NCBI GenBank assembly: GCA_002189035.1
Contig: CM007991.1
Coordinates: 2,480,001 to 2,544,000 of the forward strand
Direction: 5' to 3'
Source of the DNA: Utricularia gibba
Taxonomy: Eukaryota; Plantae; Magnoliophyta
Length of the DNA: 64,000 bases
Position numbers and translations under genes: made by a program. Under the pieces are notes generated by a model. That model did not search any database. It was not told where the DNA came from and saw nothing but the letters and a program-made list of their open reading frames with translations. This document shows positions 37,303-51,047 of the stretch, in pieces (position 1 is the stretch's first letter; every line of letters begins with the position of its first letter).

Positions 37303-37434
37303 TGTTGTTCGTTTGCTCTCCGTGAAGACAAGTTTTGTAAGCCACAACACGTGTCAACGGCCTGCCAAGTTTTTAAGATAATAACGAAGACAAAGTCTTC
37401 ATCCTATAATTTTGAAGCCCTGAAACCATTTCTC

Positions 37435-38887
37435 ATGTCCTATTTCCCAGTTTGTTGCCTTGGATTTAGAAATCTCATCAGATTCAGAATAGTTTCTTTC
37501 TCACGGGTTTTCGATCCGATATCACCCACTGTATTGTATAGCTCTACAGTTCCTGTGAAGATCACCCCTGGATTTGCCGGGTGTAGTTTGACGAGGTCCT
37601 CGTTTACGAGCTCCAGATTACAAAAAAGAGCGATGGCATCCCAGTCGAATCCGCCGCCTCAATCCATCCATGATTTCACCGTCAAGGTGGTGTCTTTTTC
37701 AATAATCGATTTTTCATGTACTATTTCCGCTGGATTGGAACGGCACAAGCATTCACAAGTGTTGATATATTCTCTGTTTACTCTCTAATTTTTCCTTGTG
37801 GAGATGAAAACACGAATTCCCTTAAGCGGTGTAATCTACACAGCCTTTTGAAAATACAGGTGGGGAATTTTGTTGCAGAATAGGACCTCTTAACGTGAAC
37901 TCCTGATTACAGGATGCCAAGGGAAATGATGTCGATCTAAGCACCTACAAGGGAAAGGTCTTGCTTATTGTCAATGTAGCATCACAATGGTATGCCTTGA
38001 ATTTGTATGTTTATCCTGATGTGCCGCATTTTCTATACTTCTTGGAGTGGCTTGATTACCAATGTCAATGTTATACACTGCAGTGGCCTAACAAATTCAA
38101 ACTACACTGAGTTGACCCAGCTCTACCAGAACTATAAAGATCAAGGTTGCTCTTGCATAACCTTTTCCTTTGACTCCATAGATTTTTATTCCTGCATTGT
38201 CGGCAGTGAGCTTTTGTTAAGCTGTCCTTGGAATGGATTCAGTTTTAGTTACAAGAAAGAAGTCTGGTTGCTTCCCTTAATTCCCCTTGACTTGTATGTC
38301 TGCTGAAAGTGAACCACATTTTCATGGGATTTTTAGGCTTGGAGATTTTGGCTTTTCCCTGCAACCAGTTTGGTTCCCAGGAGCCTGGCACCAATGCTCA
38401 AATTACAGAGTTTGCATGTACTCGCTTTAAGGCAGAGTATCCCATATTTGACAAGGCAAGCTTTTGGCTTTGTTTCTCCTAACATTGAGTTCTCCCCCTG
38501 TCTCCGAAATACACACAAAAAATACCATATGATATATGCATACATCTCCTGTGCTGGTTCCTTATTGCAGCTTCCTTATCCACAACGCACCTTGTTTACT
38601 TTCTTTGCTTTGTAGGTTGATGTCAACGGTGAGAACGCAGCTCCAATCTACAAGTTTATGAAGTCTGCAAAGGGCGGCAGCATATTTGGGGACAACATCA
38701 AGTGGAACTTTGCCAAGTTTCTTGTCGACAAAGATGGTCACGTCGTCGATCGCTACGCCCCCACGACGTCTCCTCTTAGCATCGAGGTAACACAGCAGAA
38801 AAATGTGGTGGAATTCTTCCAATTTTTGCTCATCACCACAACTGATGGATAGCATGTTTGCAGAAGGACATAAAGAAGCTTCTGTAG
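37435..38887 (+). CDS. GPX6: phospholipid-hydroperoxide glutathione peroxidase (GPX6-like) with putative N-terminal transit peptide
   Basis: Two in-frame ATGs (37435, 37633). SIHDFTVK|[46 protein letters not shown]|KDIKKLL*. Confidence 0.93.
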
Positions 38888-39418
38888 AAAGATGGTCTGA
38901 ACCATGGCTTCCATCGCTTATGTTCCTGTTTGTTCCTGAATTGGAATAAAGAGCTCCAAATTCTCCTATAAGAAGTCACCTTGAATAAAGTTGTGTTTGT
39001 TCATGCTCTCATTCCAAAAAAAAAAAACTCTTATGAATATTTCTAATTCAAAAAAGATAATAAATTTAGAAGTATTTATTTGTAGAATTATAATTTTCAT
39101 ATTATTGAAAATGAAAGTAGTTTTTCAAAAACAGAATTAAATAGAATCTTTCAATTTGTAGATTTATTGAAAAGTAATAAGCTCAATTATCAAAAACAAA
39201 TCAAGTATGATTAATGGTTAAATTATTAAAAAAAAACTAAGTCATGTTGAAAATGCGGGAGTAATCTGAAAGGAAATAAACAGGGCGGTGTGCGATATAA
39301 TCTGGCGATCGGAGTTGCCGATGAGAATCGATTGAGGCGTGAAATTGCAGGGTTTGGTTAGGGGGCGAGGGGAGTTCCTTTGTTTTTTGGTGGATTCAGG
39401 TCGGCGTGTGGGGCGAAA

Positions 39419-40507
39419 ATGGGGATCAGGTTCGTTTTAATGGTGAACAAGCAGGGCCAGACCCGATTAGCCCAGTATTATGAATACCTAAACCTTGAGG
39501 AACGGCGTGCCCTGGAAGGCGAAATTGTTCGCAAGTGCCTCGCCCGCAATGAGCAGCAGGTATGCGTATTTTGTTTGATCTTGCGAATATTCTGATCAAC
39601 GGGGTTGACGTACGATTTCTTGGAGTTGACCGTTTGGTTTAACAAGGCTGGGTGGAGTTTTATTTCGGATGGATTCTACTCTAGATTTTGACTGAAATAT
39701 TGCACAGATTGTCTGTTGGGATCCGTCAAGTCTCTCTTTTTTTTTTTTGGCTTGAAATATCCCCCCTCAACAGATCCTTTAACGGGAATGAGATTTCCTT
39801 AGGCATGGTTAGGAACTCACCGTTCAGATGATGAATTCAATTGAGTTGCTATGCACTGATACAGGGCAACTGTACTCGAGATATCTGTTTTTTCTCTCTT
39901 TTTTTTGTTAAAGCTATGTCTTATGCTTGAAACTTGACGACAGTGTTCATTCGTTGAGCATCGGAACTACAAGGTTGTGTACAGGCGCTATGCATCACTT
40001 TTTTTTCTCGTTGGAGTGGACAATGAAGAGGTAACTCACCGTGTCTCTTGTTCATAAAAGTCCTCATGGGTACCTCTAACCGAAGCCTGAGCCTTTTTTT
40101 TTTCTTTTATGACTCGTTTGCCAGTATTTTTACTCCAAGGACCGTGCTTTTAGAATCACTCTGTCCATTGCAATATGCTTGCTTGGTATCCTTCTAATGG
40201 TGTACTTTGTGTTCTTGTCACAGAATGAGCTTGCCATTTTGGAGTTCATACATCTACTAGTAGAAACCATGGATCGTCATTTCGGCAATGTGGTAATGTA
40301 CCATACTTGCTACTCTCTGATCAAAGCAGCTGCTGGTTTCCTGATTTTCTATATGAATTGGGATTTGTGCAGTGTGAGTTGGATATCATGTTTCATTTGG
40401 AGAAAGCACACTTCATGCTGGAGGAAATGGTGATGAATGGTTGTCTTGTTGAGACCAGCAAGGCCAACATTCTTGCGCCAATACAACTAATGGACAAAGC
40501 ATCATGA
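39419..40507 (+). CDS. AP4S: AP-4 complex sigma subunit, 4 exons
   Basis: [55 protein letters not shown]|[20 protein letters not shown]. Confidence 0.95.
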
Positions 40508-40898
40508 ACTACATATCTTTATTATTTCATGAACTCGGATATGCGTATGCTCGAGTTGGTTGCAGTCTTGTAGACCGCAAGGCCAGGCATAGCGTCTAGA
40601 TGGAAGTACTACGAGAATGTTCTGTGCCCCTGTTTTGGAAACTTGTTATCGTATTTCCATCACAATGCACGTTGTATTATGAGATAAATTCATTTCCTCT
40701 ACACTACATTGAAACCTTGTTCATGTGTCTTAAGATTGGAATTGTCTACAGATGTACTTTCATGGAGAAAACCTAAAATTTAAAATATAGCACAGACACA
40801 ATGTCTGAATACATTTCTAGAATTAGCTAACACCCGTGGCTTCTTTCCTAGTTTAGTTTCTGGGAGAAACTTCTCTTTATAGATGCAGTGGCTGTTCA

Positions 40899-43800
40899 TC
40901 AGAACCTTCTTGATGGCTTGGATGTACTGCCAGCTGTAGGTCTTTTGAGACCTGAAACTTTGAGTTTAAATTAGGAACAACACTCAAGTAAACGGAAACT
41001 CTAAACTCTGTGAGAAGTTGAGTAGGAGTCCTTGCCAGAAGCCTTTGCTGTGCTGTTGCTGACGTAAGGTTCAAACAAACCAGGCTTTGCTACTCTTTTG
41101 AATGGCAAATTCACCCTACAGAAGATTGCCAATCAAATGACTTCACAAGCAGTTTATCCAAACCCAAAAACATGAAGATAACAGCTGCAAGTAATCAGAA
41201 AGCATGTACCCTGGAGCAGATGTCTATCTTCATATAAAATTGTCAGGTATTGAAGAATCAGTACGATCAATTAAATGGGAATTATATATTGAAAATGCTT
41301 ACTTTTCAGGTGCATCAGCAACGGGAGTTGCATCGACAACGGCAGAAAAATGACTATGCTCTCTAGTTCCACTCACTGATGATACTGTTTCTGCATCATC
41401 AGATCCATCACTAAGTTTCTCACCTGCGGATGCATCTCCAAACGCAGGGATGCTGGCTCCGTCATTAGGATTTCCCAGGCTTATCTGTCGAGAGAATTCA
41501 TTGAGAGCTCCAAACTCGTCCACTGATTGCTGAGACCCTGTTTCAGAGTGCTTATCCAGGTAACAAGAGCTTTTGGCTCTAGGAAAATGCTGCGACTGGG
41601 CCGAACCGACCCTGTAATTTCCACCGGCTTTGAGCAACTGCAGTTCCTCATCCTTTCTTGCAAGGGCATCTTTTAAAAAGGTGACCTGTGACTACAGTAG
41701 TCAGATTGGACTGCGCAAGTTTGTCAAGTCCAATGAACTGCTTATCTATATCCAAAAAGGAAGCTCAACCTGATCCATGAGTTCTCTGACACCCGTACCC
41801 TCCTTATTGCTTTTGGCAGCGCCCAACTCGACACCCGAAACCCTCTCAGAAAATTTAAGAGTACTAATCGTCTCAGAATATGATTCAACGTCAGGATTGA
41901 TTTGCACAAACATTAGTGTCTTGGCTTGGCCACCTACAATCAGGAAGGCATGAAAGTCAAGTACCTTGACATGTAAGAGCATTCAGGAACCCGAAATCAC
42001 AAGGCAGAAAATATGCACAGTGTTAAATATTTAGGTATGAATTACGTACCTAGAGAACTTTGAAGAACTTGAGTTAGTTTGCTATTTCTGTATGGTACAT
42101 GGGGATTTTTCTGGGCCAAAGCAAAGATCACATCTCCCAGGGCTGATAAGGATTTGTTTATATATTGCGCTTCCCGCAATCGATCACCAGTTGCTTCGGA
42201 ACGATCCACTCTTTCACTTCCAGCTAGATCAACCAAGTGTAAGCACCCTCGGAGAACAGCATTGGTCTCCAACTCCACTCCACGGACATGCACAGTCAGG
42301 ATACTTTCTCGCAGTAGGCAACTTAAAAAATTAGACGTTCTGAAAAAGCTAAATAAAAAAAAAACAGAAATTAGGAATGCCATCAACCTGTGAGAGCGGC
42401 TGCTTCTTTCATTCAAGGCTGTGGCACCTACAGCTCGGTTCATTAGGCCAACATTCATCAGCTCTAAAACATCAGTGATAGAGTTAACTGGGTGCATGCT
42501 GGCATCCGGCACTGCCAAACCATTTGGAAGGGAAGTACTCCAAATTCCTAGAGTAGGAAAGTCAAGGAAACTCGACGGCAGGACATAAATAGATATTGAG
42601 TTGCAGCCAAAATAAGTCAATATGGAATTGACAAATCATTAAATTATTAGTCCACATAAGAAGCATTTAAGGATATTTCTTCGGCAGAATATTGTTGCAT
42701 AGTAAGTCACGAACTTGTTCATTGTATATTTCAACCATTTGAACACCAATTTCATAAGCAATACAGTTATATCTGCTTTGAGAGATATTGAAAAGATCAT
42801 TCAAAGCTCTGTAGTTTACCCCCCAATCCAGAGATGATTTCTCATTTGGACCAGTCTGCAAACATTTTAAATATTGTCAGCATGACAGACCAGAGTCTCC
42901 AAATAAACACCCCCCATGAGCTCCATAAGCTTACCATAGTGTATGTTTTTCCTGAGCCAGTTTGTCCATACGCAAAAATGCAGACATTATAGCCATCAAG
43001 TACAGATCTGATTAATGGTTGAATGTCCTGGAATACCTCCTCTGTAATCATAAAGACAAATAATTACAAAGATAAGAGGAAAGCACCATCAAGTTTCAAA
43101 TATACCTATGCCAGTATGTACCTTGAGTTGAAGCAGGACCAAAAACCTTGTTGAACTTGAATTGTCGATGGGTGCCTTTTCCCAGTTTTGTGGGATTTGT
43201 GATTACCAATTCTCCATTCTCACCAATGTACTCCATAATCGTTTGTTTTTCACGTTGTCCCCGAAGAAATGGCCTTATACGACAATACACTCTTATATTT
43301 CCTGGAAGATGAATACATAGATGCCAGTATGAACATAACCATTTGTACAATCTCAGAAGCACATATCCTTACCTTTCAAATCTTGAACCTCATTGTAGAG
43401 TTTTCTATTTTCTTCAACTAAACTGTGATAACTGTGAGCAGCATCTATCAAACCCTTCAGATTTACACCTGGTGAAAAAGGGAAGGTGATGCCCTAAACA
43501 AATGGAAACCCTGCTGGGTGCAAAGATCCAGGCATGCCATACCAAAATGATAAAACTCATCCTTATAGATCGTTTTGATTTTCAGCATTTCTTGCTTTAT
43601 GGACTCAGATTTCATCCTCAATTGCTAACCAAGAGAATAAAATAGGTGAGCATAAGACGAGTAATTTATTTAAAATTTGAAACTATCACAAACCTGGAGT
43701 GATCCAACATGAGAATATATGAATTGCTTGTATTTCTGCTCTTTTCTCTTCCATTGAACAACTTTTGATTCAGAGAAGTCCTCAAGATCTTTCACCTTGT

Positions 43801-44931
43801 TTCGTGAATCAGCCAGAAGGTCCTCAAGTTCAAGTATTCTCTCCTGCTGCCTTTGTTTAGTTTCTTCAGCTTCGGTTTTTATTTTTAAGAAACTCTCTTG
43901 AAATGCTTTCTTTGCCAACTCAAGTTCTTCTTCCAGAGATAGAACTTGCTTTTCACATGATTCTTTATCCTGCTTCATTTTCATCAAATCCTGCTCTTGG
44001 ATCTTCATCACATTGTCAAGTCTATACTTCTCAATCTGTGCACATTAGCGTAGAAACTAAAAGTAAAAAAAGATACAACCAACAGCACACGTAATGGTAA
44101 CTATTTTGTAGTTCCAAAAAATATCAACAAAAAATATCGTTGTTTCAGATAGCAGTGATATGATGAAAATATAGCAGCATAATCATACCTCAACTTCTTC
44201 AGCAGCTCCAGTGACTAGTGTTTCTAAAGCTCTAATTTTTGACTGATATCTCTCTTCACGTGAACTGTACAATGTGCTTTGCTGCAGCCCAGGAAAATAC
44301 GTTTTAAATTTCCAATTTCCTTATGGACGTAAAGATGCTTAACCTGATGCCTTACCCTCATAAAACCTTTGTTCTGCTTCAAAAACCGCTGCTCCAGTTC
44401 CCATATCAAGGATAGCAGGACAGATGCAACATGCTGGTTCAGATCAGGGAGAAACTATTCATAATTCAAGTAACTGAAAAGGGATCAATTTATCTCGGAG
44501 AATCTAGCAACGTTCCATAGCACAAATGTTTTTGTTACTTGTGATCCTCGTTGCATTACCTGAGACACATCTGCATTCCTTCTTTTAGCACACTCATCCA
44601 GGGTCTTGTTTAAGACATTGAAAAGTGACCGTGTGGATGCACCCTGAATATGCAGAAATTATCCAAATATAATATGCAAGAATTCAAATAAGCATCATTA
44701 ATCTGTGGTTCTAGTTTGTAGAACACCTCGAATCCACCTAATTTCATCAGTTCTGAAATTTTAGATGCCATGAGGTTCCCGTAGACCCCAAAATCGAATT
44801 CTGACACATCAGCAGCGTTGCCACCTGCACCATTGAATCGTTCAGAGGTCGGAAAAAAAGGAGTGAAAAGCATTTAAAATGAAATAAAACACACTGTGGT
44901 CAGTGCTATCGATTTCCGGCAGCAGATCCAT
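40899..44931 (-). CDS. kinesin-14 (KIN14J-like) apparently lacking the N-terminal CH domain
   Basis: [66 protein letters not shown] and [13 protein letters not shown]. The ATG at 44931 splices in frame to the ASKISELMK exon. The 3' end is approximate. Confidence 0.88.
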
Positions 44932-45476
44932 TGTATAATACTGCTTTGGAATCCAGCAACGAGTGTGAGGCTGAAATGAAGAGAAAACCATGCAATTTCA
45001 CAGACGATTCTTTTTCAAACAGCTCCAAGTTCGACACAGAGAGATGAGCTGAAGAGTGCTGAAAGATTTACCCTTTTCTTCAGCTTGTTGTCAAATCAAG
45101 AGCAAGAACTCAGCAGGAAGAATCAATGCCGAATACCCTGCACAAAACAAGCATGCTTGCTGAAATGCAGCACTCGGAGAAACACCGGACTGAAGAAAAC
45201 CTACATTACATACAGAATCATCGTAAGCTCTTCATTCCTCTGTCTCCGTATACCGTAAATTTGAATCCAGAAAGCAGGAAACTTGAGAAAGACGACATAA
45301 TTTATTGATTTCGGTTTATTCAGAGAAAACAGTACACTTTTGGGGGTATATAAAGAATTCTTCTATTCTTTAGGGGTCAATCTACAAATTCCAGTGGTTT
45401 CCTAGGGAGTTCAAAAAACGTCATCCATTTCAGCAGCGGAGTGACGGCAGGTGGGTGCGGCAGCGCAAGCTATCAA

Positions 45477-48472
45477 ATGTTGAGTCCTTTGTCCTCTCTC
45501 CCACGCTTCCCGCAATCCCCACTCATTTCTTCATCTTTACCTCTGAAATCCATTTCCAGTAAGATTTTTTTTCGGTCGCCACACCTTGTGTCAGCTATCG
45601 GCTCAGATGGTAGGTACTATCCAAGCCCTGCGGATGATGACCCGCCTGAAGCCCCCGAAGATTCCATGCACGGTGTCAGCAAATTCGAACAAATTCAGCG
45701 TCAGGCAGCTCGAGCTCGGAAGCTGCAAGAAGAGGAATTTGAGAAGGATCAACCCCTGTTTCTAAAGGCTTTAGAAGAAGCCGAGGATATTCCTGAGTCC
45801 GTAAGGAATGATGAGTCTGGGGATGATCTTTTTGGTGAAATTGATAAGGCTATTGCTTTGAAGCGCGAGGAATTCATAAAAAAAGGTTTGATAAAGGGGA
45901 AGACAGCGTCGGAGCCGGAGCTTGAGAGTCTTGAGGAGGAGCTGGAACCTGAAGAAGTGGCTGACTTGGACGAAATTAATAATCTTCAGGAGTTGAGTGA
46001 GATTTCTGGAAATGGAGACGAGGAGGATAAAATTGAAGAAAGGTCTGATTTGGAGGATGCTAATGGTGGTGATCTTTCAACTTCCTTCGACATTGATTTT
46101 GACGAGTTTGAAAAAAGTAGGGCCAGGATTGTTGAGCCTAAGTTCAAGATGAGCTTAGCTGAATTATTAGATGAGAGCAGAGTCGTGCCTGTGTCTGTAT
46201 ATGGGAACTTAGAGGTTGAAATAACCGGGATTTCGCATGATTCTCGTGTTGTGGAGAGTGGTCACTTGTTTGTGTGCCGTGTAGGGAGGAATTTTGATGG
46301 TCATTTGTTTTTTACAGAGGCAGATAAGAGGGGTGCTGTTGCTGTTGTAGCTAGTAAAGAGATAAATATTGAGGAAACACTTGGATGTAAGGCACTAGTT
46401 ATTGTTGAAGACACTGATACTGTACTTGCTTCCTTAGCAGCGTCATTTTATAAGCATCCTTCTAGGAATATGTCAGTGATTGGTATTACAGGAACAAATG
46501 GGAAGACAACGACATGTTTTTTAATAAAAAGTATGTATGAGGCTATGGGATTGAGGACAGGGATGTTGAACACTGTGTCACATTGTGTTCATGGAGATAA
46601 CCAGTTGGAATCAAATGATATGACCCCAGATGCAATTTTGATTCAGAGTTTAATGGCTAAGATGTTGCACAATGGAACCGAGGCACTAGTCATGGATGAT
46701 TCCTCTGATGGATTAGAACTGGAAAGGTGTGATGAGATTGATTTTGATATTGCAGTTTTTACAAATTTGATGAGGAATAATTCTAATTTTAATGGGACAG
46801 AAGAGGAGTACCGGAATGCAAAAGCTAACGTTTTCCAAAGAATGGTGGATCCTGCACGGCATCGCAAGATTGTAAACATTGATGACCCAAATGCAACATT
46901 TTTCATTGCACAGGGTAACCCTGATGTGCCTGTTCTGACATTCGCATTGGAGAACAAGAATGCTGATGTTTATGCTTTAAAGTTTGAACTCTCTCTGTTT
47001 GAGACTCAGGTTTTGGTAAATACGCCTAAGGGTATACTAGAGATATCGTCAGGGCTTCTGGGTAGGCATAATATCTACAATATTCTTGCAGCTGCTGCTG
47101 TTGGGATTGCTGTGGGAGCTCCTTTGGAGGATATTGTTAGAGGGATTGAAGAGGTTGATGCAGTGCCAGGGAGATTTGAGTTAATAGATGAAGAACAAGC
47201 TTTTGGAGTTATTGTGGATCATGCTAGTACCCCTGACGCATTATCTAGACTTCTTGATAGTGTGAGAGAACTTGGTCCAAGGAGGATCATCACTGGTACT
47301 CATTTTCAGTCTCAGTGTTAATTATTTTATAGTTTATTGGCTGCCAGAATCAAAGCACTCATTGCCAAGTGTTTTTCTTGCCTATTCCTCGGTCCGCATG
47401 TTTATCTGAGTTGAGCTCTAAAGCCTTCTAAATGTGAAGGTATACTATCAAAACAAATGAGGCTGACCTCATGTTATTGATCGTTTTTTCCAGTTTTTGG
47501 TTCTGTTGGTGAGAGTGAACGGGGAAAGAGGCCAGTGATGGCAAAGATAGCAACAGATAAAAGTGATGTGACTATACTGACATCTGACAACCCAAAAAAG
47601 GAAGACCCTTGTAAGTGCCTTGAGATTTGATTTCTACACTGCACCCTGTAAACATGTATATGAATTGCCCACGCATACCGTGATTACCACATAAGAAGGA
47701 CAATAAATTGACAGGACACGATTTTTGCTTGAATTCTTTTGACTGTGTAGATCATATTACAATTTTTGTTTGGCTCACCATTATTCCTGACCGCATTTTC
47801 CCATCAGCTGACCCCTTTCGTGCATCTATATTGTTCCCCTTCCCACGCTCTAAGATCTGATCATAGAATGATATGTAAACAATGCAGCATGGTTAGGCCT
47901 GCAACTATCTGTAGTTTATATGTTACATACCCTTTTCTTTTGTTCTCTGTAGTGGACATTTTGGATGACATGCTCGCTGGGGTGGGATGGACAATGCAAG
48001 ATTACTTGAAACATGGGGAGAATGACTACTACCCACCTCTTACCAATGGACACCGCTTATTCTTACATGATATTAGACGGGTAGCTGTACGCTGTGCCGT
48101 TGCCATGGGCGAGGAAGGAGATGTGGTGGTCAGTTGTGCCTTTTTTCTCCCTTTTATCCAGAAATCTTTGACCTTAAAACAAGTTGTAAGCCTTGTGGGA
48201 AACTAATTTGGTCTTCTGTTATGTTCTGTAGGTGGTTGCTGGTAAAGGGCATGAAACATATCAGATAGAAGGGGATAAAAAAGAGTTCTTTGATGACAGG
48301 GAAGAATGCCGGGAAGCATTGCAGTACGTCGACGAGCTTCATCGAGCCGGCATCGATACGAGCGAATTTCCATGGCGGTATGCTGTGCAATGCACATTCA
48401 GTTGATCGCTTTAGGATGTGCAAGTGATAGAGTTGTGTTTCTTTGTTTTGCAGGCTGCCTGAGAGCCATTAG
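45477..48472 (+). CDS. MURE: plastid MurE-like protein (PEP-associated, PDE316/APG13/PAP11)
   Basis: Transit peptide, [65 protein letters not shown] and EFPWR|LPESH*. Confidence 0.93.
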
Positions 48473-49978
48473 TCCCCGGAGTGCCCTGGCCTGGAAATCT
48501 TTCTATGTAGTGTTGTTTACTGTTTAGTTTAGAAGAAGATGACAAATTTTGAGGAATTGAATAAATTAATTAGGGTTCGATTTAAGTTATTTAGAATTTT
48601 GTATTAAAAAAAATAAAGGATGATTTTGGAGGGCTTCCATGAAACTCGGAGATCCGTTCTGAAACTCTCCGTTTCTCATCGTCTTCTTTCCGGTGGCATT
48701 CACTCCCACCGAAGACGCCGCAGGTTCCGACACATCAGCCTTGCGATGGAAGACCGCGGGATTCTCATTAATGTTCCAGGTTTCCATTGTCGGTAATCTC
48801 GATAAATAATGCAGTCAAGGAAGCGATGCTGCGGGTCATTGCGCTGGTCGGCCCACAGCTCGCCATCAATTTCGCAATTCCATCAAGTAATTTTACACAA
48901 CAGTTCGTTTCGATTTTCGCCAATCTAAACTGCTCTCGTTGCAGAGAGATATACGGAGTGCGTAAAGGGTCCTTTGTTGAAGATTGATATTCGTTTTCTT
49001 GGAGAATAGCGTGGGTTCCACGCAGTAATCCACTTCGCTGGATGAAGGCGGTTGCTGAAACTTTCGCTCTTCCCAGGTGACCATTTGCTTGGTTCGATCA
49101 ACTTGCAAACACAATGGCGACATATAACTGCAAACGGGTGCGCATCCCATCAATCCAGAGAATGCTGTTGCACATTCAATTGAATGATTATATATTTCTC
49201 TCTTATTTGATCTGCAGTTGGTTTTTTCGTCATCACCCCCCGTGTATAACCTGACGAAATCCCCTGCTAGGAGGATCTCGTGTTAAATGCGATGAATCCC
49301 TGTAACCTGTTTTGAGATGATTTTTTCTTCAACTTCAAAGTGCTAATCCACAGTGGAGAGTAATCCTGCTCAGGTACTTCAAGTAGTTGGTGCTCATTAC
49401 AGTGGTGAGATTGGAGAAGAAGCCTCGATCCCTGTATTGCAAACTACCATCCAATATTGAGTTCCGTTTTAGATGGTTTGTTTTCCTGATGGAGAGGATT
49501 ACCCCAAACAACTTTTGCTACTCCCATCATGCCTCTCCATGCTCCTCCACCAGTTTCTCATAAGTTGAAGTTGTTTCACCTTGTGCTGTATTTGGACGGA
49601 AGATGACTGACTGATCACTACATTCTCCAAGCATCGCAAAACCCTCTGGGTGATTCCAACACACTGGTGCACATTGGAACCTGCACCTTCGGAGCAGACT
49701 GCAAATGCACCGAGCAGCTCTCAATGATGTACAAATCTAATTGGCAGCTGTGTGTATGATGTTAGTTTAGCATGCAACACAAAGATTTCAACACGAATAT
49801 TTGCTTACAAAAGAAAATGGATTGAATGACAAATGATGAATCATGGAGATCAAAGTGGCTGCAGGTGCACTGCAAACCGTCAGCCAACTCAGTGCTGATT
49901 GAGTCACAGCACGTGCCATGGTCAAGACAATACAAGTATCTATTATGCACTAGGAAATTTTGCGCCAGATTGCACCTG

Positions 49979-51047
49979 TTACGCTTCAAAGTCCCATGTG
50001 GTCTCAGCGATCAGTCTCGGATTCTTTCGTTCCTCTGCTAGATTAACAGAAGCCAAGATCTGCAACAGAAATTCAATAAGGCAGCTGAATGCAGAGTAAA
50101 GCCAAGCAAGCATGCCTGAATCAATAACTAAACCATTGCATAAGTAGCCACAGAATCACATTGGAACAGGGGATTTCACAGTATCGGGATTGGGTTGTCA
50201 AGGCTTCTCTATAGTTTCCCCTCCATTCCAGAGGAGGGGAACCCCAAATCGTATCCAGGAATGGACCGTGGTTAGATTCAGCAGAAATGTATACTACAGT
50301 CTACATAACAATACTGCGTATGCTCCTAGAATCAAAGCAATGAGCTCAGCTGATTATCTGGGTTACCTTGAATGAACCATTTATTTTTGAATTTCTTGAC
50401 CATTCAAGAAACAAATCCTTTGAGGATGTGTGATAGGTAGCCTTGAACACATCATCACCAAAGGCTGGACGAGAGACAGAAAAATCCCAAGAACTCTTCT
50501 TGAAATCATAGCTGGGTTCGAATTTCGTCAACCCTCCATGAACATACGTATACTTCACCCTGGTACTGTTAGTGCCAAGCACATGATTAGCTGAAATCTT
50601 ATTTGATGCATCAAACGCAAAATCCCCTTCCAGTATAGTCGTTCCATCTCCCTTCCTGTGAATATAAGTCAACTTCAATGGTTTCTCCGCAACCCTAACA
50701 GTATTCATAAACTGAAACCTAAAATCCTGCATACAAAGTACAGAGTCAAACGCCCAAAATACCAACCCGCACACATCAGAGAGAGGGGAAAATTCTTCGA
50801 ATTCCATCCCAAGAATTCAACATAAAACGAGAGAGGAATCAGTGCTCACACTCTTGGGAACGTTGTAGTCGACAATGAAAAAACCGGGTTTCTCAACACC
50901 CAACGACAAGCCGTTCAAGCTGGGTCCCTTGACGAAGGTGGCATCCGTAACGGAGGCTTTGAGCTTAAAATCTCCAGGCCTGACGGCCAAGGTGACGGCG
51001 GCGGCGGCGGTTTCCGGCTCATACCTAGCTTTGAACGATGCGTTCAT
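49979..51047 (-). CDS. OEP24: chloroplast outer envelope pore protein 24, 3 exons
   Basis: MNASFKARYE, KLKASVTDATFVKGPSLNGL, VEKPGFFIVDYNVPK, FRFQFMNTVRV and IAETTWDFEA*. Confidence 0.92.

Noticed and set aside
39828-39859. C box (ATGATGA) and D box (CTGA) in AP4S intron 1
   Set aside because: Only 32 nt apart with no terminal stem or recognisable rRNA guide; too short for a C/D snoRNA.
46560-46860. Degenerate Mur-ligase catalytic motifs in MurE (MDDSSDG, TNLMRNN)
   Set aside because: Angiosperm MurE is already known to be a non-peptidoglycan, PEP-associated protein, so this is not novel.
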